64,000 bases of DNA from Lama glama (taxonomy: Eukaryota), in contig CM052824.1 in assembly GCA_028534125.1 (NCBI GenBank), forward strand, positions 59,830,001 to 59,894,000, written 5' to 3'. The notes beneath the pieces are model-generated. The model saw only the letters and a list, made by a program, of their open reading frames with translations. It did not search any database and was not told the origin of the DNA. This document shows, piece by piece, positions 35,903 to 47,148 of the stretch (within the stretch, counting starts at the first letter, position 1; every line of letters starts with the position of its first letter). A program made the position numbers and the translations under genes.

Positions 35903-36093
35903 GGGGAGGGTGAGGGCCTGCAGGGGGCTAGGGGCTACAGGGTGGGAGGGGAGGGTGAGGGCCTGCAGGGGCTGGGGGCTGCAGGGCGGGAGGGGAGGGT
36001 GAGGGCCTGCGGGGGACTGGGGGCTGCAGGGCAGGAGGGGAGGGTGAGGGCCTGCAGGGGCTGGGGGCTGCAGGGCGGGAGGGGAGGGTGAGG
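35903..36093. repeat. 44/45-bp G-rich minisatellite, ~4.3 copies
   Basis: Units start at 35903, 35948, 35992, 36037 and 36081. Confidence 0.95.
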
Positions 36094-37506
36094 CGGCCTC
36101 CTTTTGAATTTCTACTTGGGGGTAACTGTCAACAATCCAAAGAAGGACACAGTCATGGCTGGACCGAAGGGCCCCGGCCCTGGGCAAACCTGGCCCAGTG
36201 GGAGCCTTGGTCTAGAGTCCTGACTCTGGCCCCACCCAGGGACACAGTGGGCGGCCAGACAGCCATCTGTTGCATCCACCCTCTGAAGCCGGAATCACAG
36301 GAGTCTCCAGCCCCACCCAGTCCCCCGGCTGATGCTGGAGCCTGGGGGCAGAGAGGGACCAGGAGGGCGGCTGGTCGGGCAACGCTAAGCTCTGAGGCAA
36401 AGCTTCGCGGATGCACCAGGCAAAGGAAGTAACGTCTCTTTGTCGGGGGTCCCAGGACAGACCCCGCCCAAACCTGCCGGTGCTGGGCCGGGGGCCGCTG
36501 GGCCTGCGCTAATCACCTGGGGGCAAACACAGGACTTAAAATGTGCAGCCGAGGTTCTTGGGGAAGGGGAAGGAAGGAAGGAGAGAGAGGAGGTCACGTT
36601 CAGGAAGATGGGCTGGAAAGGACCGGCCGTGAGGCCAACAGAGAAACCCCGAGGTGGACGGAAGCGCCGGCCGCAGGGAGCAGACACTCGGGCCTCCGCT
36701 GGCCCAAACGTCCCGTTTTGGACAGAGTCATGTCGCAAAAGAAGCACACGCCTTACTCTTGAGCAGAAGAAGCATATAATTTGGGGGTACAGAATGGGGG
36801 TTCGGTGTCCGAGGTGGGCTTTTCAAAGGGGTCCCAGCCCTATCAAGGGGGAACTAGGGATTCGCACACACCAGGCGGGTCCGGCCGGGGCAGGGAGGGC
36901 CGAGGACGCTTCTGGGGAGGTGTGAGCAGCTGTGTTTGCGAATCCTCACGGGGGCGGCCCCGCGGCCAGCTTCTCCGCAAGCAGCTTCTCCCGCCGCCCC
37001 GGGGGCGACTTTCCAGCCTGCGCCCAGGCGCACGGGGCTCTCAGTCTGTTCCCTTGACTGGATTTGGGGAAGGCCGAAGCTCTCCCCACGGGCTCCGCAG
37101 GTCTGTGCCTGCTGCCCTCCGGGACCTCCCACCGCAGGTCTCCGCAAGGAGCCTGACCTCCCCGGGCCCAGGTGGACGATTGTCTTGGCCCTGCGGAGCG
37201 ACCGGACGCGCGGCTGCACCACAGCCGTTTGAGTTTTCACGCTTTTTTCAAGGGCAACTTGGGCAAATCTTTTTCTATTCTTGGGACGCCCTTCTGTTTC
37301 TTGCAAACGTTAAAAGAAATAAATAGAACACTTGTCTTCAATGCAAATGCAACTGAAACTCAAATTTAACAAAAACACGTGATTGTCTGGAAAACGGGCG
37401 GCAGGGGCGGCAGGTTTCGCTGCGGGGGAACGCGGGGTATTTGGCACATTAAAGTTGCCCCGCCCCCTGGTTACGGATCACACAGCACACAACCTTATTA
37501 CAAGGG

Positions 37507-37514
37507 TTTGGTCC
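37507..37514 (-). promoter_or_regulatory. miR-133 8mer site (GGACCAAA) in the PRDM16 3'UTR
   Basis: tttggtcc on + strand inside an AU-rich UTR block; miR-133 repression of Prdm16 is established. Confidence 0.75.
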
Positions 37515-38971
37515 TTCGCTAGATCCTTATATTAACATTTCTTCACAATAAGAATGTCTAATGCCAAAATACTGTTAAGGAAAAAATAAAATAAGAAAAG
37601 AAATGAATTAGAAAAAATTACAAGTTATATACAGATTAAGGTAAATTCCATCAGGGAAAAAACACTACTCTTCGAAGCTGGCCCCTAGGGGAATAATTTA
37701 AAGCCCATCCGAGTGGAGAAGCAGCCAGTCCCCGGGGAGGCGCCGTCCCCACGGTGCTGCGCTGTCCTTGCTCTCTGCGGCGGGTCGTGTCTGGATGCCC
37801 TTCGTTCTGGAGCCGGGTCCCGCCCGCCAGGAACCCACACAAGAAGCGAGGCGGCAGTCGTGTCCCGGAGCCAGGGTCTCAGGTGCACGCAGAGATCGGC
37901 TGCCTGGAGCAGGGGAGCCACGGCGTGCGCCCCGCAGCGGCCCCCCACACACCCACTTCCTTCCGCCGTCCGTCTGGTGGGGGTGGGGGAGGGCAGGGGT
38001 GCAGATCCGAAAGTGGTGGCAGGCTCGGCGGTACCGACCCCCCTGCCCTGGGCACCGAGCCCCCACTCTGACCTTCCCCAGACAATTGGGGGGTCTTGGT
38101 GGGGGCCGCGGGCACGAACCACGTGTCACACACTGACAGGCACATCTCCGAGCCCCAGCCTCGGACCGGCCCAGCACACCCTACCCAAGATTTCCGGCAC
38201 AGTCTGAACCCGCTCCCAGGAGTGGGCCCGCCCCCTCGGTGCTGCCTGGGGGCGCCCCGCTCTCCTTGGCTTTACAAACAGGGTCGGGGATAGAAAACGT
38301 CCCCATCATCTACAAAGAACACCTCCCGACACTGTGCTGCTTCCCGGGCAGGTCTGGGTCTGCAAATAAGCTGAGATTTCAAAGCAAGGCAAAATTACTT
38401 TTAAGAAACAATTTCCAAGTCACTTTGTGATTTTTTTCTTTTAAAAATACCGTCTATTTTTAAAACCACATGCTTAAATAAACTCTGTCGTCAATAAGAT
38501 TACCAAAAGGGTCTTTCTGGTCATTTCGCTATAAAAACCGCCTGGCGACTCCCTCTGCAGAGCACACCCAGCTGCCCCTTCCCTCCCGGGACTCCACGCA
38601 GGCGCCCGGGTGGCCGCTGGCTTCAGTTCGGGACTCGGCTCCCGCCCTCGCCCCTGGGTGGACTCCACGAGCAGCTCCCCTGCGCTGAGCCCCGATGGGC
38701 CTGTGCTGTGCCACCTTGGACGCCGCTGTCCTCAGCGCCAGTTCCTGGAGAAGCTGAAGCCTTCCAAGGATGTCCAGGTTCTGGGTTTTCACTGGAGAAA
38801 TTCGAGCTGAACTGTGGTGGGGGGACAGGTGCTGAGGAGTGGCCACTCGGCCCCGGGCCGCACCGGCTCCCAGGCCCTCGCCTCCATCTTCCACAGCTGG
38901 GATTCCTGTTGGGATGTTGGGGGCCCGTGGTGGCCTCGCCTGGACTCTGACCCCAGCCCCTTCTGGGTCGG

Positions 38972-39106
38972 TCAGAGGTGGTTGATGGGGTTAAAGGCTC
39001 CAGACTCCGGCGTGGCTCCTGTGATGTTCAGCCAAGCGTCCAGAGGGCTCTGGGAGGAGGCGTGGAGAGACGTGTCCTCCGAGAGCGACAGCATCATTGC
39101 GTACGC
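38972..39106 (-). CDS. PRDM16: PRDM16 last coding exon (exon 17)
   Basis: AYAMMLSLSEDTSLHASSQSPLDAWLNITGATPESGAFNPINHL*; acceptor tgccag; TGA at 38974-38972. Confidence 0.96.
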   Translation of the reverse strand, partial: AYAMMLSLSEDTSLHASSQSPLDAWLNITGATPESGAFNPINHL

Positions 39107-40304
39107 CTGGCAGGGAGAGGACGAGGGCGCAGACAGGACAGGCTGTGAGCGGCGTGGGCCAGGGCCCTGCAGGCCCAAGCTGCTGCATCCTCGCCCCTCC
39201 CGACCTCCCACGCCCTCCGACTGGCCTCAGATCCAGACGTGCGGCGAGGGCAGGGCGCGGGGCCGGCCCGCAGAGGAGGCATTGGCGGTGGGAGCGCCGG
39301 GCGAAAGCAGGACCTCCGCTGGGCCCCCGTGCAGAGGGCGCCAAGACGCCCGGATGGCCAGGGACCTTGTGCGAGGGCTCCCACAGCCTCTCGGGGCCAC
39401 ACCCTCCTTTGCAGAAACTTCCCCACCCCCGTGATCAGCACGGATTCCCCCTGCTCTTTGGAGGTACTGGGGACTGCTGGACCCCCGTCAGCGAGGCTCA
39501 GGCCCTGCCTGGTGGGGCCTGTCCCGCTTGGACTACCACAGCGACAGCACAGAGCTATTTCGGGGAAGCCGCCTGGAGCCCGGCTTCGTCCGCAGGGTGT
39601 GAGTGGACGGAACGCGGCCGCTCAGAGCAGGCAGGGGCAGATGAAGCCCCCCCGCGTTAACACTCCGGACACGATTAGTAAGAAGACAAAGACAAACACG
39701 CAGACGGTTTCGCTGAGACTCGGGTGGGCTGCAGGTGGCCGAGTGAAACCCCCGCCCCCCCGACTGGGGACACGCAGGAGGCAGGTCCTGCGGAACCTAC
39801 ACCGAGGAGCCGGGGTGAGACGTGCCGGGCCAGCCCATTGCCCCGCCGACCCCCTCGCAGCTCCTGCTTGGAATCGGTGGCCCCGGACGGGGCAGCATCC
39901 CTCAGGAAACCCCTGGCCTGCCATCACTCTTGCTCGGGTCAGAGGTGGAGGGAGGCCGATGCAGGACACCTGCTGGCGGGCACCTCCCGCCGGGGGCGTG
40001 AGGACAGTGACCCACGTGTCCGTGAACACTGCGGTGGGGGGGGGCTCCCAGGTGAGGGTCCGGCTCATACTCATCTGCCCTCGTCCTCTATCTGCCCTGC
40101 CCGTTTGCGGGACACTGGGGTCACTTGGGGTCTCTCTAGCTGATGCGATGGGCACAGGAGGGCCACGGTGGGTCCTGGGCGTCCCCCAGGCAGGCACGGG
40201 ACGGCCACAGTGAGAAGCGGGCTGTCCCTGGTGGAGGAGGCGCGGCTGGCGCCTGCCGTCCAGCCTGGGAAAGGGGATGGGGGTGGGCTCTGGTGGATAC
40301 CTAC

Positions 40305-40479
40305 CTGGTTCTTAGCCTGCCTGTACAGGGTCTGTTTTAAAGCCTCAGAATCTAGAGTGGAATTAAGCACATCTTTAACTTCAAATGCTTCCTCAGCTGC
40401 TCTGCGGAGATCCAGCCCCTTCCCAAAAGTCGGCATCGGCTCCAAAGCTAACAGGCCGCCTGGTGGCTCCTCAGCACAC
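40305..40479 (-). CDS. PRDM16: PRDM16 exon 16
   Basis: CAEEPPGGLLALEPMPTFGKGLDLRRAAEEAFEVKDVLNSTLDSEALKQTLYRQAKNQ; donor CAG|gtaggt; 175 nt. Confidence 0.96.
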
Positions 40480-41361
40480 CTGCACCAAGGACCGGGGGGG
40501 GCCTGCCGTTAGCTGGCCTGGCCTCTGGCCACCTCTCCGACGCCCCACGGCTGGCTCTGTGCCTGCATGCATGCCACAGCATCTCCGAGAGCCACATGCA
40601 CAGGGAGACAGACACACGGACACACGGACACCTGGACAGAAGTCACACGATGCAGGAGCCACAGATGGAGGGCAGGAGGAGGTGAGTGCGTGCACACACA
40701 CTGCAAGCGGCAGGCAGGGCACCCGGCTCTCCGGGGACGGAGGATGGGAGGAGGGCCTCGGGTCCCCAGAATCTGGGTGGCTCTGGAGGAGCCCGGGGCT
40801 CCCTCTCCCAGGACCCATGGGTGCGAGGAAGCGGACCATCTCCGAAGGGCCCCCCGAATCTATGCCCACCCCCTCCCGCAGGGGGATGCTGGTAGCATCA
40901 CTGGTGCCAGAGGTAGGCAGCGAGCAGTCAGGACATGAAGGAAGAGGCTCTGGCCCACCGACCCCCAAAACTAGGGGTGGCTCAGCCCCTACCCCACACA
41001 GCCTGCAGGAGGCCAGAGGTCACAGCCCTGGCCTGACGGGCAGGTCTTCCGCAGGGGCTGCGGGTCTAGGACCAGCGCCCTCTCAGGCTTCCCCTCCCCG
41101 GCTCTGCTTCTAGGCCTGGGTAAGTGTGCATGCGTGTGCACGTGTGTGTGAGAGTGTCGGGGGCTGGAGCCCTGCCCCTCTCCTCGGGCCTGGCCTCACC
41201 CTGGCCGCACACAGAGGTCCCTGCGGCAGAAATGCCCGCTGGGAGGGTGGGCGAGCCCAGCTAGAGGACGGCGGGCTCCCGAGGGAGGTCGCCCCCGGGA
41301 TGCTCGGCCCCTCCCTGCCCGGGGCGCCCGGCACGCGAGGCCCGCAGAGGCCGGTGCCCAC

Positions 41362-41598
41362 CTTCGGGTGTGATCGAAGCCCACGGCCAGGGGGGCGGGC
41401 GGCTCCTCGTCCTCCTCGTCCTCGTAGGCGCCCTGGGGCTCAGGCGTGGGGGACACGGTGTCGTCCTGAGACTTCCCGGCCAGGCTCTCCTCGTCGTCCT
41501 CCTCCAGGTCCTCCTCCTCCTCCTCTTCCACGTCCCCCCGCTTCCCGCGGGCCAGGCCGGGGCACTGGGAGGCGCCGTCCAGGTCCTGGACCTCCGGC
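41362..41598 (-). CDS. PRDM16: PRDM16 exon 15 (acidic domain)
   Basis: PEVQDLDGASQCPG...EEEEEEDLEEDDEESLAGKSQDD...GFDHTR; donor AG|gtgggc; 237 nt. Confidence 0.95.
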
Positions 41599-43159
41599 CT
41601 GAAGTGACACGGGAGGGAGTTGGCTGCAGACCCCAGAGGCCAGCGGCGCGGCTTCAGGTGGCTTGAACTCCACTGCCCTCCACCCAACGGCCTTCCCGCT
41701 GCCTTCGAAGAGAGCCTGCCTTCCCGGTCACTAAGCCCGCAGAGCTGCGGTCTGGAGCGGCTGGTTTCCACCCTTGGCCTCAGCCGCCATCTTTGTGGAT
41801 CAGGGAGAGAAGGGAGCCTGCTGGAGGCAGAGCACGGACCGCTCGGCAGCGCGAACACGGGCCGTTCAGGGGCCCGGAGAAGGAAGTCACGGCCCGCCTG
41901 TGGGGAAGGGGGCCCTGGGTGCGGGCGCTCGGGTCGGACCCCGCACGAGGAGCACAGGAGGTTTGCCAGCCCAGCCCTGACGGGTGCTTGCTGCCCCCCG
42001 CCCGCCGTGAGGGTGTGAGGACGGGGCGGCCCCAGGCGAGGGACCCTCTGCAGATGGAATGTCTGGGGTCGAGGGTTCTGGATGTCCAGGGCTGGGCCGC
42101 TGTCAGCCCTGGAAGAAGCCAGGATGAGTGTGCTTCAGAGGCTGGGGGAGTGTCCCCTGCAGCCCAGACCCCACCTCATCTCCCATGCGGTCACTGCAGC
42201 CGGGAGAGCCTTTCCGACTCTGGGTCCTTGTATTGAAAGGGAAGGACAAGCAGAGAGCGGGAGGGAGGGCGCAGTTCTCTCAGGAAACGTCACTGGGGTT
42301 CGTCTGATTCGTCTGCGAGCCTGGGACCAGGTGCCGTGGCCGCAGGTGGGCTGGGCCTGAAGCTGCCTGGGCAGGGGGTGGAGGGGACGGGGAGGGCCAG
42401 GCTCACGCTTCCCGAGTCCGAGCTCTGAGTCCCAGACCCGCTCCTTCCTGGACCTCCCACGGCCCGCAGAAACTAGCCCACTGCTGTGGGGGAGACCGGA
42501 GGCCCCGCTCGGGGCATCGGGATGAGGGGGGACATCCTCTCTGAGTGATCACTGCCTCCAAACGCAGGGGAGGCCCGGGGCTGGGGAGACCCCGACGGCC
42601 CTGCTTTGAGCTGCCTGGCCTTTGCTTCCTGCTTCTCCACGGGAGAGCGTACAGACACCGGCGGTCCTCCCGCCCTCCAGGACGAGCAGAAGCCCGCCCC
42701 GCTTCCCGCGTCGCTGGGCGCCCGTGCTGGTCACTGGGCACACGCCCGTCCACCGGGGCGAGGCCCACGGGGCCGGGTCTGGCCTCCGTTCCTGGGTCTC
42801 GATAGGGCCCCCTTGGGTGGGGCCTTGCCTTCTCGGAGCCCACGCCCTCGGGGCGACGTGAGAACGGCCCCCACGCTGAGGGCTGATGAACAGCACAGGT
42901 GGGGAGCCCAGGCAGACGGGGCTCCGGTCATGTTCGGAGCCGTGTGTGGCTGCCATGCGGGTCAGCCCTCTGTGGGAGCAGGGCGTCTCTGTGCTCCCAG
43001 CCCCACCCACACAGAGGGTCTGCTCATCCGTAGGAGGCCTGCGCCCAGCACCAGTGCTCAGTGGCTGGGGTTGGGGGCACAGAACAGAGGTCTGGCTGGA
43101 GACAGGTGCCGACAGAGAGGACAAGGGTGGCTGCCAGGCCTCCAAACAGCTGCTCGGAT

Positions 43160-43585
43160 GCGGGGGTGTCCCTGGGGGCCACCATCACAAAGTATCACAG
43201 CTCAAACAGGCCTGGAGTCTAGACGTCTGAGGTCTAGGCGTCACAGCGCTGGTTCCCTCGGGGCCTGGGGGACAGAAGCCCTCCCAGGCCTCTCCCAAGA
43301 CTCCGGTGGTTTGTGGCCGCCCTTGGGTTTTCTTGGCTTGTAGACGCATCCCCTGACCTCAGCTTCACCTTCACGTGGCATCTCCCGGGGTGCGTGTCTG
43401 TGTCTAGAGTTCCCCTTTTTATAAGGACATTGGTCCTATCGGATATGGGCCACTTGACTCCAGTAAGACCTCATCTTAACTCATGAGTTCTGCAGAGACC
43501 CTCTTTCCAAATAAGGTCACACACGGAGGTGCTGGAGGTTGGGACTTCAATGCGGGAATTCTGGGGGGTACGATTCAGCCCAGAA
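43160..43585 (-). mobile_element. MLT1-type MaLR solo LTR
   Basis: cttggcttgtagacgcatc...ttataaggacattggtc...gacctcatcttaact...tctgcagagaccctctttccaaataaggtcaca...gacttcaa...attcagccc. Confidence 0.85.
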
Positions 43586-45242
43586 GTTTATGTCTGTGTG
43601 GGGCCAGGAAGCCTGGCAGACCCTGAATTCTCTAGCTCTGGATGAGAACCAGATAACGTTAACACTGGCCCCAAACTGAACTCTCAATATCCCACCACTT
43701 ATGCACATTAGTGGACAGATGTCAGCTGTGACCGTGGTTCCCACCACGATGTGGCGGCACCTGCAGGGGGCTCCCAGCTCCCGGGATGAGCCAGGATGGG
43801 CCATCCAGGAGCCGGGGCTTGTGGCCCAGCTCTGCTCCAGGCTGTCTGGGTGGCAGGGGCCAGCCTGCTGTGTCTGAGCCGAACTTGCTGCCCCACACCC
43901 CGGGGGCCCTGCTTGAGATGCTCTGCTCCCCGGGTGGGGGTGGACCCACCCCTTTCCCCTCCAGGGACGCGCCTCTGTCCTGGTGGCCCTCCTGGAGTGT
44001 CCTCCTGGTGGCTGAGAGCTGGGCCTGCCACCCGAACCCAGGGCGTGGGAGCCCTTCCGGTGCTCCCCCTGCCCCACGGAGGACGCCCCCACCACATCCT
44101 TGTTGGGTCTCCTCTGGCTTTGCTGGGGGCAGGGAGCCACAGTCCAGGGGACGGCCTTTAATAAGCGGGATGTGCCTCGTGGCCTGGCCGTGGGCTTCAG
44201 TGAGGCCTGGCCCCGGGTGCTCATGTCTGTACTGGGCTAACAACGGACAGCTCTCGGGCGGAGCCGCAGGGCTGAGGAGGATGGACAGGGCTGTAGAGTA
44301 GGAGGCTGCTCCGGGATCCAGATCTCCGCTGCCCAGCAGGGTGGGGCTCTGGGAAGCACAGCCCATGCCAGCCTCTCCCACCGACCCCTCCTCTGAGCCC
44401 ACCTGGGGGTCAGGTGAGGCCTCCCCTCTCAGGGCACGGATTTAGGGCTTAGAAGAGCCAGGAACAGTCCAGGTACCACATCTGTCTGTCGATCGGACAG
44501 GTCTTCCCAGTGCCCTACTCTGCCCCCGGGAGAACCCGTGAGCGGGAGATGCAGCTGCCCTGGGGGAGGCCGGGTGTCTGGGGGGTGGGGAGGGCCCCGA
44601 GCTCCAGGGGACGGCGGGGGCCCTGGCTCTGGGCTCTGGGCCTGCCTGTGAGGCTGGAGCAAGTCTCCACCTTCTCTGGGCCTCCTTTTCGTTCGCATAA
44701 TTAGGGGAGCACACCCCTGAGGACTCTCGGAATTTGGGTGTCTCTGATTCTCGGGTCAGCGGAGCCTTGGGAGGGAGGTTATGCACAACACCCTCCACCC
44801 TTAATGAAGTCCTTCACTTTCCCAGTGTGTGTGCGTGTGTGCGTGTTTTTAAAGGAGCAGTGCTCTTAAGGGACCTTTCATGCCTCGGATGAAGTGAGAA
44901 TGTTCTCAAGTTTCAGGGGCGTGGCAGAGCTCCTGGCAGCAGCCCTCACCTGGCCGGCGTTCTGCTGCCCATCTGTCAACATCCAGGCCAAACTGGGCTG
45001 TTTATCCTAAACGGCCCCCGTGCTGGCGCTGCACCGAGCGTGTGACACACACCGCCACACACACCACCGGTCGAGGGTGCTCATTCTGATCCCTCTCAGG
45101 TGAGAGACTGAGGCAGAGGGGGTGGAGCGGGCGGCAGAGCGCGTGGGCCTGCCCTCTGCAGGGGGCCCCCCTGCTCAAGCACCAGGCGGGGGCACCTGTC
45201 TGGGCGTGACTGTACCTCCGGGCCCCAGGAGGGGCGTCTTAC

Positions 45243-45947
<705 letters not shown>

Positions 45948-47088
45948 TCAGAGGAGCCTGGCCGGCCGCGGGGCCTGGGCCCTGCACCCCTCCCCGGGCC
46001 TGGCGGAGACCCCTGCCCATGCGGTTCCCCCGAGGCCGCTGGCTCACAGCCAAAGCAGCCCTAGGAAGCAGGTGCCCCCCCTCGACTCCTGGGCGGTGGG
46101 CAGCTTCAGAATGTGCCCCCCGCTGGCAGAGGGGACGCTCTGGGGCTGAGCCCCCAGCTGTGCGTCGGGGGGACCCTCCAGCCTCTCTCAGCATCTCCCG
46201 CCCTCTGCTGTCTGGGTCCCCCAGCACGGAGGCCGAGGCCTGGTGGTCTGTGAGCAGAGGGTGACGTGCTCCCGGCAGCCTCAAGGGGGCAGCAGCGCAC
46301 CAGGAAAGATGCTCCGGGCCAGTTTTCCCGGGAAGGAGGGGCCCAGACTCCCCGGCAGAGAGACCCCCATCCTGGCACCGGGAGGGCGAGGAGCGCTGGC
46401 CTGGTCCCGGCCCCTCTTAGCGGTCCTTGGGCGGACCCTGTCTCCCTCGGGGCCTCAGTTGCCAATCCACGAAGGGGCGTGGGGCTGCCTCGAGTCTCCA
46501 GCATCCTCCACTGCTCTAAGGTCAGGGGGCTCTCCGCCCTGCCCCGTCAGGCTGCCTCCTGCGCACGGACCCCCTGCGGCTGAGGGTACCGCCAGCCCCA
46601 CGTGCCCACGTGATCTTTGTGCGTCTCCGCAGGGGCACCAGCTGCCAGCCTGCACCACGCACTTGGGAGATTAGAGAGGGACGCGCCTGCCTCCAGACGC
46701 CTCGGGTGCGTCTGTCAGAATGCTGCCTGGACGTTCCGAGCTCATCGAAGCAAAGCGCTCACTGCTGGGCAGCTGCCGCGGGGAACAGTCTGCCCCGGGC
46801 AGGTCCCCGTGGGCGTGGGGCCCGTGCGGGGCTCGGCCTTCACGACCACAATCGGAGGCCCTGAGGTCCGGGAAAGAGAGGGTGATTTCCCCGTTTTATA
46901 AAGTGACGGTCCGACGACACCGGCACCAAGAAGCAAGAAGCAGAGGGATGTGTAGGGGGACATGGGGTGCGGAGGACCCGCAGCTCCACAGACGGCACTG
47001 CCCCCCCGGTGGCAGGAGTCCAAGCACAGGCCGGACAGCTCACTGCGGGCACCCCCCGTGCTGTGCGTCCAGCTGGGCCACGGCAGCA

Positions 47089-47148
47089 GGACTCTAGCTG
47101 GGGGCTCTGGTGCGCGCAGAACTCTGGCTGGGGGCTCTGGTGCGCACG
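47089..47148. repeat. 30-bp tandem duplication
   Basis: actct.gctgggggctctggtgcgc x2. Confidence 0.85.

Larger units (their letters stand above)
34305..38971 (-). other. PRDM16: PRDM16 3'UTR (~4.7 kb)
   Basis: Runs from the TGA to the only AATAAA I found on the mRNA strand; AU-rich blocks at ~34320-35180, ~37230-37700 and ~38360-38535. Confidence 0.75.

Noticed and set aside
37315-38485. AATAAA hexamers on the + strand (near 37318, 37585, 38477) as poly(A) signals of an antisense gene
   Set aside because: They are the complement of U-rich tracts in the PRDM16 3'UTR; no antisense exon structure is visible
39239-40213. 324-aa + strand ORF in PRDM16 intron 16, and similar 200-300 aa ORFs at 4072, 7996, 17085, 20006, 52654 and 59485
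   Set aside because: Low-complexity GC-driven composition, no domains, no splice or promoter support
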